DNA of 64,000 nucleotides from positions 320,001 through 384,000 of the forward strand of contig CBDCRW010000004.1 of NCBI GenBank assembly GCA_965221125.1, in the 5' to 3' direction. Position 1 is the stretch's first letter; each line of letters starts with the position of its first letter. The notes under the pieces are model-generated. The model was not told the DNA's origin and made no database searches. It saw only the letters and a list, made by a program, of their open reading frames with translations. A program made the translations under genes and the position numbers. Of this stretch, positions 1-12,733 are shown piece by piece. The stretch comes from Alphaproteobacteria bacterium. Lineage in GTDB: Bacteria; Pseudomonadota; Alphaproteobacteria; UBA828.

Positions 1-681
1 TGGATCAAGAAGTACGCCAAGGATTTTGGGGGCGAGGTCATCGCCGAGGAGTTCTTCCCGCTCGACGTCGGCGACTTCGCGTCGACCATCACCAAGATCC
101 AGCAGGCCGACCCGGACCTCGTCGTCTCGGCGCTCGTGGGCGGCAACCACATCGGCTTCTACCGGCAGTGGCCGGCGGCGGGGATGCAGGACAAGATCCC
201 GGTCGCGTCGACCGTGTTCGGGCCGTGGGAGAACGCCTTCGTCTCGGCCGAGGAGTCCGAGGGCATCATGTGCTCCTACCACTACTTCCAGAGCATCGAC
301 ACGCCGGCGAACCACGCGTTCCTGGAGAAGTGGCGCGCCCGCTACGGCGCCGATGCGCAGGAGATCGGCACGCTCGCGATCTGCACCTACAACTCGGTCA
401 ACATGTGGAAGAAGGCGGTGGAGCAGGCCGGCACCATCGACCGCATGGCGGTGATCGAGGCGCTGGAGACCGGCATCTCCGTGGACGGGCCGGGCGGCAC
501 GGTGACGATGGATCCGCCCACCCACCACACGATCATGAGCGCGGCGATCGCCGAGCTCAGGGGCGGCAACTTCGACATCGTCGAGGTGGCCGAGAACCGG
601 ACGCCGGACGATACCGCCACGGTGTGCGACCTGATCAGCAACCCGGATCAGGCGACCCAGTACCGGATCGAGGTCGACTGA
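1..681 (+). CDS. ABC transporter substrate-binding protein, UrtA/AmiC (urea/short amide) type; 5' truncated by window edge
   Basis: Frame open from base 1 (WIKKYAKDFGGEVIAEEFFPLDVGDF...); type I periplasmic binding protein C-terminus; followed by LivH/LivM-type permeases. Confidence 0.8.
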   Translation, partial: WIKKYAKDFGGEVIAEEFFPLDVGDFASTITKIQQADPDLVVSALVGGNHIGFYRQWPAAGMQDKIPVASTVFGPWENAFVSAEESEGIMCSYHYFQSIDTPANHAFLEKWRARYGADAQEIGTLAICTYNSVNMWKKAVEQAGTIDRMAVIEALETGISVDGPGGTVTMDPPTHHTIMSAAIAELRGGNFDIVEVAENRTPDDTATVCDLISNPDQATQYRIEVD

Positions 682-710
682 TCCCGACCTAGACCCGGCG
701 GTTACCGATC

Positions 711-1577
711 ATGGATCTCGCCGGCATCATCGCCGTCCAGATCGGCTATACGGTGGCCAGCCTCGCGCTCATCAGCGCGGGGCTGGCCGTCATTTTCGGC
801 ATGATGCGGGTCATCAACCTGGCCCACGGCGAGTTCCTGATGCTGGGCGCCTACGCGGTCGTCGTCTCGACCAAGGCCGGCATCAACTTCTGGGTCTCGA
901 TGCTGGTCATCGCGCCGCTCTTCGTCGGCATCGTCGGCGTCATCGTGGAGCGTTTCATCGTCCGCTTCCTCTACGGCCGCATGATGGACACCCTGATTGC
1001 GACCTGGGGCTTGAGCCTGCTCTTCATCGGCATTATCACGACCATCTTCGGCAACGCGACCGAGAGCGTGGTCTCGCCGCTCGGCAGCTTCGAGATCGGC
1101 GAGTTCGCCGAGAGCCAGTACCGGCTCTTCATCATCTTCCTCGGCGTGCTCGTGATCGCGGTGATCTTCGCCGTGCTGCGCTACTCGCGCGCAGGGCTGA
1201 TCGCCCGCGGCACAATGCAGAACGCCGACATGGCGGCCGCGCTCGGCATCAGCCCGCAGCACGTCTACACCATCACCTTCGGCGTCGGCGCCGCGCTCAC
1301 GGGGCTTGCGGGCGCGGCGCTCGCGCCGGTGAGCGGCCTGCTGCCGACCATGGGCGCCGCCTTCATCGCCAAGGCCTTCATCACCGTGATCGGCGGCGGC
1401 GAGGCCATCGTCACCGGCACGTCCACCGCAGCGGGGCTGTTCGGCACCGTGAACCAGGTCACCACCTTCCTGTCCACGCCGGTCATGGGAGACGTGGCGC
1501 TGCTGATCGCCGCCGTCATCCTGCTCCGGCTGCTGCCGCAGGGCATCACCGGCCGGTTCTTCCGCCGATGGCTCTGA
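711..1577 (+). CDS. Branched-chain amino acid/urea ABC permease (LivH/UrtB type)
   Basis: GLAVIFGMMRVINLAHGEFLMLGAY motif; multiple TM segments. Confidence 0.9.
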   Translation: MDLAGIIAVQIGYTVASLALISAGLAVIFGMMRVINLAHGEFLMLGAYAVVVSTKAGINFWVSMLVIAPLFVGIVGVIVERFIVRFLYGRMMDTLIATWGLSLLFIGIITTIFGNATESVVSPLGSFEIGEFAESQYRLFIIFLGVLVIAVIFAVLRYSRAGLIARGTMQNADMAAALGISPQHVYTITFGVGAALTGLAGAALAPVSGLLPTMGAAFIAKAFITVIGGGEAIVTGTSTAAGLFGTVNQVTTFLSTPVMGDVALLIAAVILLRLLPQGITGRFFRRWL

Positions 1578-2623
1578 ACCTCCGCCTCGATGGCGACGGG
1601 CTCACGGTGGGGCGGCTCTCGCCCGCGCTCACCGGGCCGGTCGCAGCCGTCGTCATCATCGCGCTCGTCATCGGCATCCTGCCGCTGCTGGTCTCCGACA
1701 TCTTCATCCTGCTGCAGCTCACGCTGTTCATGGCCTACGGCATCCTCGCCATGAGCCTCGGCTGGGTGTGGGGATACGGCGGCATCTTCAGCTTCGGCCA
1801 GGCGGCGTTCTACGGCCTCGGCGGCTACACCTACGCCGTGGTCTCCATCAACATGGGGGGCAGCACGACCGCGCTCTTCGCGGGCGTCGCCGTGCCCGCG
1901 GCCTTCGCCCTCTTCCTCGGCTACTTCATGTTCTACGGCCGCATCAGCACGGTCTACGTGGCCGTCATCACTCTCGTCGTCTCGCTGATCTTCTACAAGT
2001 TCCTGGGCCACACGGCGGGCTACGAATACACCCTCGGCACGGCCCATCTCGGCGGCTTCAACGGCATGCCGGCGCTGCCGCCGATCAACACGCCGGGCAA
2101 TCCCATGGCCATGATCTGGCCGGAGGACATGTTCGTCATCACCGGCATCTGCCTGCTGCTGGTCTATGTGGCGCTGCGTCTGCTGATGCGGTCACACTTC
2201 GGCCGCGCGGTCGCGGCGATACGGGAGAACGAGCTCCGGGCCGAGCTGCTGGGCTACGACACGCGCCTCTACAAGATGGCTGTCTTCGGCATCGGCGGCG
2301 CGGTGGCGGGGCTGGCCGGCGTGCTCTACGCCAACTGGAACTCCTACGTGAGCCCCACCGTGTTCGACCTCGGCTTCAGCGCGCAGATCATCATCTGGGT
2401 GGTGGTCGGCGGGCTCGGCACCCTGGTCGGCCCGCTGATCGGCGCGATGGCCTTGGGCTTCATCACCATCGAGCTCGGCACGCAGCAGACCGTCGACGTC
2501 AACCTGATCCTCGGCGTGATCCTCGTGCTCTTCGTGCTCGCGGTGCCGGAGGGCGTGACCGCCCAGATCCGCGCCCTCTACGTCCGCCTGATGGACAGCA
2601 CCCTCGGCCAGTCTCGGGCTTAG
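1568..2623 (+). CDS. Branched-chain amino acid/urea ABC permease (LivM/UrtC type)
   Basis: WGYGGIFSFGQAAFYGLGGY and AIRENELRAELLGY motifs; overlaps previous gene. Confidence 0.9.
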   Translation: MALNLRLDGDGLTVGRLSPALTGPVAAVVIIALVIGILPLLVSDIFILLQLTLFMAYGILAMSLGWVWGYGGIFSFGQAAFYGLGGYTYAVVSINMGGSTTALFAGVAVPAAFALFLGYFMFYGRISTVYVAVITLVVSLIFYKFLGHTAGYEYTLGTAHLGGFNGMPALPPINTPGNPMAMIWPEDMFVITGICLLLVYVALRLLMRSHFGRAVAAIRENELRAELLGYDTRLYKMAVFGIGGAVAGLAGVLYANWNSYVSPTVFDLGFSAQIIIWVVVGGLGTLVGPLIGAMALGFITIELGTQQTVDVNLILGVILVLFVLAVPEGVTAQIRALYVRLMDSTLGQSRA

Positions 2624-2629
2624 CGACCC

Positions 2630-3625
2630 CTATTCCGCTGCCGCGCGTGAAGCCGGGCCGGCGTCCAGCCGCGCGAGCGCGCGGGCGTAGACGCCGGGGT
2701 CCACGTTGCCGCCCGAGAGGATCAGCCCCACCTTCCTGCTGGCCATGGCGTCGTGCTCCTGCATGAGCGCCGCGAGCGGGGACGCGCCAGCGCCTTCGGC
2801 AAGGTTGTGGGTGTCGGCGTGGTAGGCGGCGATGGCGTCCAGCATCTCGTCGTCGGAGACGCTGACGATGCGGGCGCAGCCGGCGAGGATCGCCTCCAGG
2901 GCCACAGGCGAGGGCTCGCGAGTCGCGATCCCGTCGCCCACCACGGTCGTCGCCCGGTTGGTGGAGACCGGGCGCCTGGCCTCGAAGCTGAGTTCGTAGC
3001 AGTTGGCGCCCTCGGCGACGACGCCGACGATCTCGGTCTTGAGCCCCAGCGCGTCGCGCACCCCCATCAGCCCGCAGATGCCGGAGCCCAGCCCCACCGG
3101 CACGTAGACCGCGTCGAGGTCGGGCACGGCCGTGAAGAGCTCGAGCGCATAGGTGCCGACGCCCCGAATGAGGCGCTCGTCGAAGGAGGGAACCATCGCG
3201 AGGCCGCGCTCCGCCGCCAGAGCCTCGGCGTGCGCGAAGGCGTCCTCGAAGTCCGCGCCGTGGATCACCAGCTCGCCGCCGAAGGCGGCCATCGCCGCGT
3301 TCTTGCCGGCGGCGTTGCCTTCCGGCACCACCAGGACGGAGGCGAGGCCGAGCCGGGCCGCGGCGAAGGCGATGCTCTGGCCGTGGTTGCCCCTCGTGGC
3401 GGCGATCACGCCGTCTGTCGGGCCGTGCCGGCGCAGATCGTCCATGAAGACGAGGCCGCCCCGCACCTTGAAGGCGCCGATCGGCGTGTGGTTCTCGTGC
3501 TTGACCCAGACTTGGCACCCGGTGCGCTCGGCCAGCAGCGGCCAGGCGATCTGCGGCGTCGGGTCGAGGGTCTCGTGGACGAAGGCGGCGGCTTCCTGGA
3601 ATTGGGCCAGCGTGGGCAGGCGCAT
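2630..3625 (-). CDS. Threonine/serine dehydratase (PLP fold II)
   Basis: KHENHTPIGAFKVRGG, TRGNHGQS, VPVGLGSG, LSGGN motifs; start taken at MRLPTL. Confidence 0.9.
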   Translation of the reverse strand: MRLPTLAQFQEAAAFVHETLDPTPQIAWPLLAERTGCQVWVKHENHTPIGAFKVRGGLVFMDDLRRHGPTDGVIAATRGNHGQSIAFAAARLGLASVLVVPEGNAAGKNAAMAAFGGELVIHGADFEDAFAHAEALAAERGLAMVPSFDERLIRGVGTYALELFTAVPDLDAVYVPVGLGSGICGLMGVRDALGLKTEIVGVVAEGANCYELSFEARRPVSTNRATTVVGDGIATREPSPVALEAILAGCARIVSVSDDEMLDAIAAYHADTHNLAEGAGASPLAALMQEHDAMASRKVGLILSGGNVDPGVYARALARLDAGPASRAAAE

Positions 3626-3756
3626 GGCGGTGCTCCGTTTGTCGGCGGAGGTGCATCTTAGCAGTTGCGCCATCGCGTCGGGATGGCGCACCCCGGCGAT
3701 GTGGCCGGCCCCGTGCTCGTGGGCTATGGTGCGCGCAGGGCAGGGACGAGAATGTC

Positions 3757-4095
3757 ATGAATGTGACCTGCGAACGGAGTGACGGCGTTCTGTGGCTCCA
3801 GGTGAGCGGCCGCATCAACATCCTCAATGCCACGCAGTTCGAGGAGGAAGCCGAAAACGCAATCGAGGATGGCGACCGGGCGGTGGTCCTGGACCTGGAG
3901 AACCTGACCTACATCAGCAGCGCGGGCCTTTACGCCGTCCTCAAGCTCGCGAAGATCGCCTGGAAGCGCGATGCGGCGTTCGCGCTGTGCGCACTGTCGG
4001 ACCACATCCACCCGGTCTTCAAGAGGATCGGCTTCGACGGGATCATGGCCATCCATCCGACCAGGGCCGCGGCGCTGGCATCCGTCAAGGGCTGA
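3757..4095 (+). CDS. STAS-domain anti-sigma factor antagonist
   Basis: VVLDLENLTYISSAGL motif, 112 aa. Confidence 0.85.
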   Translation: MNVTCERSDGVLWLQVSGRINILNATQFEEEAENAIEDGDRAVVLDLENLTYISSAGLYAVLKLAKIAWKRDAAFALCALSDHIHPVFKRIGFDGIMAIHPTRAAALASVKG

Positions 4096-4280
4096 ACCGG
4101 CGATCCGTAATCGCCTCGCGCGGCTCCGGCGCGCCGCCGAACGCGCCCATCGCCGCATCCCTGGCCGTGCGTGATTCACATCCGCGCCGACAAGCGGAGC
4201 CTTAATCCCAGGCCTATGCGGGGGTAGTTGCATCGCGGGTGGCGGCCTGTACCTTGGCGGGGCCACTGAGCGAGGGGGCG

Positions 4281-5885
4281 ATGGAGGTTCTGCGCTCGAC
4301 GGCCGACCCGGCCTCGGACAAGTTCAAGAGCAACGAGGCGGCCATGCGGGCGCTGGTCGACGACCTCGCCCGCCGCCACGCGCAGGTGCTCGAAGGCGGC
4401 CCCGCGAGCGCGCGCGAGCGCCACGAGAAGCGCGGCAAGATGCTGCCGCGGGAGCGCGTGAACGCGCTCGTCGACGCAGGAACGCCGTTGCTGGAACTCT
4501 CGGCCCTGGCTGCCGACGGGCTCTACGGCACGGAGGTTCCGGCCGCCGGCATCATCACCGGAATCGGGCGCGTCGAGGGGCGCGAGTGCGTCGTGATCGC
4601 CAACGACGCGACAGTCAAGGGCGGCACCTACTACCCGATGACCGTGAAGAAGCACATCCGCGCGCAGGAGGTCGCCGAGGAAAACCGACTGCCCTGCGTC
4701 TATCTGGTGGATTCCGGCGGCGCCAACCTGCCGCACCAGGACGAGGTGTTCCCCGACCGCGAGCATTTCGGGCGCATCTTCTACAACCAGGCGCGCATGT
4801 CGGCGAAAGGCGTGGCCCAGATCGCCGTGGTGATGGGCTCGTGCACGGCCGGCGGCGCCTACGTTCCGGCGATGTCCGACGAGACCATCATCGTCAAGGA
4901 GCAGGGCACGATCTTCCTCGGCGGCCCGCCGCTGGTGAAGGCGGCGACCGGGGAGGAGGTGACGGCCGAGGAGCTGGGCGGGGCCGACGTGCACACGCGG
5001 CTCTCCGGCGTCGCCGACCACATGGCGGCGGACGACGCGGACGCGATCCGCCGGGCGCGGGCCATCGTCGCCCGCCTCGATGCCGCGCCGGCGGCGGTCG
5101 CGGCCGGGGCGGCGGCGGAGCCCGCCTACGACCCCGCCGAGATCTACGGCATCGTGCCGCAGTCGCTCCGCACCATGTTCAACGTGCGCGAGGTGATCGC
5201 CCGCATCGCAGACGGCAGCGCCTTCGACGAGTTCAAGGCCCGCTACGGCGCCACCCTGGTGACGGGCTTCGCGCGCATCGGCGGGCACCTCGTCGGCATC
5301 CTCGCCAACAACGGCATCCTCTTCTCGGAATCCGCGCTCAAGGGGGCGCACTTCATCGAGCTCTGCTGCCAGCGCGGCATCCCGCTGCTCTTCCTGCAGA
5401 ACATCGTGGGCTTCATGGTGGGCAAGCGCTACGAGCAGGGCGGCATCGCCAAGGACGGCGCCAAGCTCGTGACCGCGGTCTCCTGCGCGGCCGTGCCCAA
5501 GCTCACGGTCATCATCGGCGGCAGCTACGGCGCCGGGAACTACGGCATGTGCGGGCGTGCCTATGGGCCGCGCTTCCTCTGGATGTGGCCCAACGCGCGC
5601 ATCTCGGTGATGGGGGGCGAGCAGGCGGCGAGCGTGCTGGCCCGCATCCGGCGCGACCGCATCGAGGCGGACGGCGGCGCGTGGAGCGAGGACGAGGAAG
5701 CCGCGTTCAAGGCGCCGATCCTCGCCCAGTACGAGGAGCAGGGGAATCCCTACTACGCCGCCGCCCGGCTCTGGCACGACGGGGTGATCGACCCGGCCGG
5801 GACGCGCGACGTGCTGGCGCGGGCTTTGGGCATCGTCGCGAACGGCCCGGCCGAGGCCACGCGCTTCGGCGTGTTCAGGATGTAG
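4281..5885 (+). CDS. liuB: 3-methylcrotonyl-CoA carboxylase beta (carboxyltransferase) subunit
   Basis: [32 protein letters not shown]-terminal FGVFRM. Confidence 0.92.
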   Translation: MEVLRSTADPASDKFKSNEAAMRALVDDLARRHAQVLEGGPASARERHEKRGKMLPRERVNALVDAGTPLLELSALAADGLYGTEVPAAGIITGIGRVEGRECVVIANDATVKGGTYYPMTVKKHIRAQEVAEENRLPCVYLVDSGGANLPHQDEVFPDREHFGRIFYNQARMSAKGVAQIAVVMGSCTAGGAYVPAMSDETIIVKEQGTIFLGGPPLVKAATGEEVTAEELGGADVHTRLSGVADHMAADDADAIRRARAIVARLDAAPAAVAAGAAAEPAYDPAEIYGIVPQSLRTMFNVREVIARIADGSAFDEFKARYGATLVTGFARIGGHLVGILANNGILFSESALKGAHFIELCCQRGIPLLFLQNIVGFMVGKRYEQGGIAKDGAKLVTAVSCAAVPKLTVIIGGSYGAGNYGMCGRAYGPRFLWMWPNARISVMGGEQAASVLARIRRDRIEADGGAWSEDEEAAFKAPILAQYEEQGNPYYAAARLWHDGVIDPAGTRDVLARALGIVANGPAEATRFGVFRM

Positions 5886-5899
5886 CGGGACGCGGGCTC

Positions 5900-6685
5900 A
5901 TGGCTGACGACACCGTGCTGGTCGAGGTGGACGGAGGCGTTGCGACGCTCACGCTGAACCGGCCCGAGGTGCACAACGCCTTCGACGATGCGCTGATCGC
6001 CCGGCTCACGAGCGCGCTGGAGGATGTCGCGGCACGGGGCGACGTGCGCGTCGTGGTGCTCACCGGCAGCGGAAAATCCTTCTGCGCCGGCGCCGACCTC
6101 GCGCACATGAAGAAGGCCGCGGGCTTCTCGGAAGCCGAGAACATCGCCGACGCTCAAGCGCTCGCCCGCCTCCTCATGGTGCTGGGCGGCTTGCCCAGGC
6201 CGACCGTGGCGCTGGTCCAGGGGCCGGCGTATGGCGGCGGCGTCGGGCTGGTCAGCGCCTGCGACATCGCAATCGCCGCCGAGCGTGCGTCCTTCGCGCT
6301 GACCGAGGTGCGGCTCGGGCTGATCCCGGCCGTGATCAGCCCGTTCGTGGTCCGCGCCGTCGGCGAGTCCCACGCCCGGCGCTTCATGCTCACCGGCAAG
6401 CGTTTTGGCGCCGAGACGGCGCGCCGCATCGGGCTGGTGCACGAGGTGGTGGACGGCGAGGCTCTGGAGGCGCGCGGCGCGGAGGTCGTCGAGATGCTGC
6501 TGCAGTGCTCGCCGGACGCCCATCGCCGCGCGAAGGCGCTGATCGACGCGGTCGCCGGCCGGCCCATCGACGAGGCGCTGGCCGACGACGTGGCGCGCCG
6601 CATCGCCGCCGCCCGCGCCTCCGACGATGGCAGGGAGGGTATCGCCGCCTTCCTCGAGAAGAGGACTCCTTGGTGGCGTACCTGA
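5900..6685 (+). CDS. liuC: Enoyl-CoA hydratase, methylglutaconyl-CoA hydratase-like
   Basis: TLNRPEVHNAFD, FCAGADL, TEVRLGLIPAVISP; position after liuB; ATG at 5900 inside the longer track ORF. Confidence 0.8.
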   Translation: MADDTVLVEVDGGVATLTLNRPEVHNAFDDALIARLTSALEDVAARGDVRVVVLTGSGKSFCAGADLAHMKKAAGFSEAENIADAQALARLLMVLGGLPRPTVALVQGPAYGGGVGLVSACDIAIAAERASFALTEVRLGLIPAVISPFVVRAVGESHARRFMLTGKRFGAETARRIGLVHEVVDGEALEARGAEVVEMLLQCSPDAHRRAKALIDAVAGRPIDEALADDVARRIAAARASDDGREGIAAFLEKRTPWWRT

Positions 6686-6734
6686 GCCGGCACGCCACCA
6701 TATGGCGCGCGCCAGGCTGCGCGGGCGCGCGACG

Positions 6735-7166
6735 ATGACGCTCAACCTGCTGAAGCTCGCCGTCGGCATCGACGGGGTCGATCACCTGCGCGCGGTCCAG
6801 GCGGCGCGGCTTCAGCGGCTCGGCCGGCTCATCCACGTCACCCGCTTCCGGCCGCGCCGGGCGGACGAGATCCTGGCCGGCGGCTCCATGTACTGGGTCA
6901 TCCGCCACCGCATCCGCGTGCGCCAGCGCATCCTGGCCTTCGACCGGCACGAGACGGAGTCCGCCGCCAAGCCCAAGTGCGCGATCGTGCTCGATCCCGA
7001 ACTCATCGCCACCGATCCGGTGCACCGCCGCCCGCACCAGGGCTGGCGCTACCTGGAGGGAGCCGACGCACCCCGGGATCTCGGGCCAGTGGGAACGGTC
7101 GAGATCCCCGAGGACGCCTTCCCGCCCGAGATGGCGGCGGAGCTCCGGGCGCTGGGCCTTCTCTGA
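6735..7166 (+). CDS. DUF1489 family protein
   Basis: MTLNLLKLAVG, GGSMYWVI, QGWRYL motifs. Confidence 0.85.
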   Translation: MTLNLLKLAVGIDGVDHLRAVQAARLQRLGRLIHVTRFRPRRADEILAGGSMYWVIRHRIRVRQRILAFDRHETESAAKPKCAIVLDPELIATDPVHRRPHQGWRYLEGADAPRDLGPVGTVEIPEDAFPPEMAAELRALGLL

Positions 7167-7223
7167 GCGCGCCCGGCCCGCGCCGTGCTATGCTGGCGCA
7201 GCGGCGAGAGGGAGGATGCAGCC

Positions 7224-7847
7224 ATGAGCGGGGCGGACTGGCACATCAGGGGCGACTACTTCGAGACCTGCAGCTGCGACTACCTGTGCCCCTGCATCTT
7301 CACCAACATGACCGCGATGCCGACCGACGGCGTCTGCAAGGTCGCCATCGTGCTGGACATTGCGGAGGGCCACTACGGCGACGTGCAGCTGGGCGGCGTG
7401 AGCTTCGTCACCGCAGCGATGGTGGACGGCCCCATGGGCGACGGCAACTGGACCGTCGGCCTCATCATCGACGAGGGCGCGAGCGACGCGCAGGTCGACG
7501 CCATCGGGCGCATCTGCTCCGGCGAGGAGGGCGGCCCGATGGCGCTGATGGCCCCGCTCATCGGCACCTTCGCGGGCGTCGAGCGTGCGCCGATCAGGAT
7601 CGAGCGGCGGGAGATGGGCTTCTCGATCACCGCCGGCGATCTGCTGCGCCACGGGGCGGAGGGCGTGCCCAGCCTGCCCGACCCGTCCGAGACCATCATG
7701 ATCGACAACACCGGGCATCCCGCCAACAAGCGCCTCCACCTCGCCATCGGCACCCACAGCCACCTCAACGCCTTCGGCATCGACTGGAACGACGCGGCCG
7801 GCGGCCACAACGGCCACTACGCGCCGTTCGACTGGCGTCCGAACTGA
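7224..7847 (+). CDS. DUF1326 family putative metal-binding protein
   Basis: W-x3-GDYFETCSCDYLCPC N-terminal Cys cluster; GGAGG RBS-like sequence upstream. Confidence 0.85.
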   Translation: MSGADWHIRGDYFETCSCDYLCPCIFTNMTAMPTDGVCKVAIVLDIAEGHYGDVQLGGVSFVTAAMVDGPMGDGNWTVGLIIDEGASDAQVDAIGRICSGEEGGPMALMAPLIGTFAGVERAPIRIERREMGFSITAGDLLRHGAEGVPSLPDPSETIMIDNTGHPANKRLHLAIGTHSHLNAFGIDWNDAAGGHNGHYAPFDWRPN

Positions 7848-7868
7848 TCGAGGACTGACCGGCAGGAG

Positions 7869-8582
7869 CTAACGCCCGCAGGCCTCGATCAGCGAACGGA
7901 AGATCAGGGCGTCGCCGGGGTCGATAGCGTATTCTGGGTGCCACTGCACGCCGATGAACCAGCGGTGCGTGGGGTCCTCGATGCCCTCGATCACGCCGTC
8001 CGGCGCGCGCGCATTGACCGCGAGGCTGGGCGCCGCTTCGGCGACGGCCTGGTGATGCGCGCTGTTCACCGCCATGGTAGCGCTGCCGACGATGGCGCGC
8101 AGCCGGCTCTCGGCTGCCAGCGTCACGGCGTGTCCCGGCTCGGTGCGCGGGTTGGGCTGCTCGTGGGCGAGCGCGTCCGGCACCGCATCCGGGATGTGCT
8201 GGATGAGGGTGCCGCCGAGCGCCACGTTCATGAGCTGCTGACCGCCGCAGATGCCGAGCGAGGGCACGGCCTGACCGTGCGCGGCGCGGGTGATGGCAAG
8301 CTCGAAGGCGGTGCGACGATCCTTGGTGGTGACGGTCTCGTGCCGTGAGGCGGCGCCGAAAAGGGCCGGGTCCACGTCGAAGGCGCCGCCGGTGATGACG
8401 AGGCCGTCCACGATATCGAGATAGCGCTCCGCAAGCGCCGGCTCGTGCGGCAGCGCGACCGGAACCCCGCCCGCCGCCGCGATCGCCGTGCAGTAGTTCT
8501 CGCGGATCGCGTACCACGGCTCGCCGGAATAGCCGCCGGGCGGCTCGATATCGAGGGTAAGGCCGATCACGGGCTGGGCCAT
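7869..8582 (-). CDS. Gamma-glutamyl-gamma-aminobutyrate hydrolase family (peptidase C26, class I glutamine amidotransferase)
   Basis: LGICGGQQ, VNSAHHQAV, GVQWHPE. Confidence 0.9.
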   Translation of the reverse strand: MAQPVIGLTLDIEPPGGYSGEPWYAIRENYCTAIAAAGGVPVALPHEPALAERYLDIVDGLVITGGAFDVDPALFGAASRHETVTTKDRRTAFELAITRAAHGQAVPSLGICGGQQLMNVALGGTLIQHIPDAVPDALAHEQPNPRTEPGHAVTLAAESRLRAIVGSATMAVNSAHHQAVAEAAPSLAVNARAPDGVIEGIEDPTHRWFIGVQWHPEYAIDPGDALIFRSLIEACGR

Positions 8583-8697
8583 TGGAGGACTCTAGTCTGC
8601 ATTCACCGGCAGGGGGAGGGTCGCGCCCGCTGCGGTTATGGGCTAGGGATGGTCGGCATATTTGAGCATCTTGGCCATCAGCGGAATTGAGGTTGTC

Positions 8698-8880
8698 ATG
8701 GCTCGTATCCCCGTCGACGACGAGGTGCGGAACGTCACTGAGCCGCTCCACCGCGAGGACACCCACGCGGAAGGTGGAAGCGATGCCGATCCGATCCTGG
8801 CCCTGCGCGGGACGGGCAAGGCAACGTGGGCGAACGAGGACGCCGACACCTACATCGAACGCCTGCGCCAGGGCTGGTAA
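8698..8880 (+). CDS. Small antitoxin-like protein, possibly degenerate
   Basis: GAGG RBS before ATG 8698; C-terminus DPILALRGTGKATWANEDADTYIERLRQGW resembles antitoxins of PIN toxins; TAATG overlap with next ORF. Confidence 0.55.
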   Translation: MARIPVDDEVRNVTEPLHREDTHAEGGSDADPILALRGTGKATWANEDADTYIERLRQGW

Positions 8881-8975
8881 TGACTAAAGTATTTTCGGAC
8901 ACGACTCTTTTCGTGTCCCTGTTGGAAAACCGCGGCATCCACTTCATCCAGTCGCTCGACAAGGCAACCCCGTGA
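8880..8975 (+). pseudogene. Internally deleted PIN/VapC toxin (31 codons)
   Basis: Hand translation MTKVFSDTTLFVSLLENRGIHFIQSLDKATP*: PIN-like N-terminus joined directly to a PIN-like C-terminus. Confidence 0.6.
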
Positions 8976-9427
8976 GGACACCGCCCGCGCTCATGGACCT
9001 CGCCATGGCGGAAGCCGAGGCGGCGGCGGCCCGCGGCGAGGTGCCGGTGGGGGCCGTCGTGGTCGATGGGCGCACCGGCGAGGTTCTGGCGCGGGCGGGC
9101 AATGCGGTGGAAGCAACGCACGACCCGACGGCGCACGCCGAGATGCTGGCCATCCGCGCGGCCGCCGCTAAGCGGGGCACGGCGCGCCTCGTGGACTGCG
9201 ACATCTACGTGACGCTGGAGCCCTGCGCCATGTGCGCCCAGGCCATCGCCTTCGCCCGGTTTCGCCGGCTCTACTTCGCCGCCGCGGACCCCAAGGGCGG
9301 CGGGGTCGAGCACGGCGCGCGCATTTTTCAACAGCCCACCTGCCACCACCGGCCCGAGGTCGTCGGCGGCGTTCAGGAGAGCCGCGCCGCCCAGCTTCTC
9401 CGAGCTTTCTTCGAAGACCGTCGTTAG
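8972..9427 (+). CDS. tadA: tRNA adenosine deaminase / nucleoside deaminase
   Basis: GEVPVGAV, DPTAHAE, TLEPCAMC, DPKGG. Confidence 0.85.
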   Translation: MRTPPALMDLAMAEAEAAAARGEVPVGAVVVDGRTGEVLARAGNAVEATHDPTAHAEMLAIRAAAAKRGTARLVDCDIYVTLEPCAMCAQAIAFARFRRLYFAAADPKGGGVEHGARIFQQPTCHHRPEVVGGVQESRAAQLLRAFFEDRR

Positions 9428-9499
9428 CCCGTCTGCCCCGTTGCCGGCCGGGTGCCCAAACTCTATAAGGGCCAGCCGTCACAGCACGGGGGAGAACCC

Positions 9500-9922
9500 A
9501 TGGCGACCCAGCGCACCCTTTCGATCATCAAGCCCGATGCCACCCGCCGCAACCTCACCGGCGCCATCAACCAGCGCTTCGAGGAGGCCGGACTGGCCAT
9601 CGTGGCCCAGCGCCGGGTCAGGCTGACGGAGGGCCAGGCCCAGGCCTTCTACGCGGTCCACAGGGAGCGCGCGTTCTACAACGACCTCTGCGCCTTCATG
9701 ACTTCGGGCCCCGTGGTGGTCCAGGTGCTGGAGGGCGAGAACGCGGTCGAGGCCAACCGCACGATCATGGGTGCGACCAACCCGGCCAACGCCGATGCCG
9801 GCACCATCCGCAAGGATTTCGGCGAGTCCGTGGAGGCCAACTCCGTGCACGGCTCGGACTCGCCCGAGAACGCGGCCGTGGAGATCGCCTTCTTCTTCGC
9901 GGAGACCGACATCGTCGGCTGA
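9500..9922 (+). CDS. ndk: Nucleoside diphosphate kinase
   Basis: [18 protein letters not shown]; GGAGA RBS. Confidence 0.97.
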   Translation: MATQRTLSIIKPDATRRNLTGAINQRFEEAGLAIVAQRRVRLTEGQAQAFYAVHRERAFYNDLCAFMTSGPVVVQVLEGENAVEANRTIMGATNPANADAGTIRKDFGESVEANSVHGSDSPENAAVEIAFFFAETDIVG

Positions 9923-10043
9923 GCCGGCGGCCGGCGGCGCCTGCGGCCGGCGGAGCCTGGGGCAGGCGGAGCCGTCCAGCGCGCCCCGGCGCCGTGCTAT
10001 AGTGGGCGGCACGCGCGCGGTGGTCGCGGGGTGTTAGCGAGCA

Positions 10044-10370
10044 ATGTCGGATCAACGGACAACGGGTCGGCCGGGCGACGATTCCTCGGTCATCACCAAG
10101 TCCCGCAGCGAGACCAAGAAGCCTTCGATGTACAAGGTCTTGCTGCTGAACGACGACTACACGCCGATGGAGTTCGTGGTCATCGTGCTGATGCGCTTCT
10201 TCGGGATGGACGAGCAGCGCGCTACCACGATTATGCTGCACGTGCATCGGCGGGGCGTCGGCATCTGCGGCGTCTACTCGTACGAGATCGCGGAGACCAA
10301 GGTGAAGCAGGTGTGTGACTTCGCGCGGCGCAACGAGCACCCGCTTCAGTGCACGATGGAGAAGGAGTAG
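10044..10370 (+). CDS. clpS: ATP-dependent Clp protease adaptor
   Basis: [26 protein letters not shown]. Confidence 0.97.
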   Translation: MSDQRTTGRPGDDSSVITKSRSETKKPSMYKVLLLNDDYTPMEFVVIVLMRFFGMDEQRATTIMLHVHRRGVGICGVYSYEIAETKVKQVCDFARRNEHPLQCTMEKE

Positions 10371-10372
10371 CC

Positions 10373-12715
<2,343 letters not shown>

Positions 12716-12733
12716 ACGCCTGACCTCCGCGCG

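Noticed and set aside
4200-4230. CCTTAATCCCAGG resembling an IS1380-type end
   Set aside because: No partner repeat or transposase trace nearby
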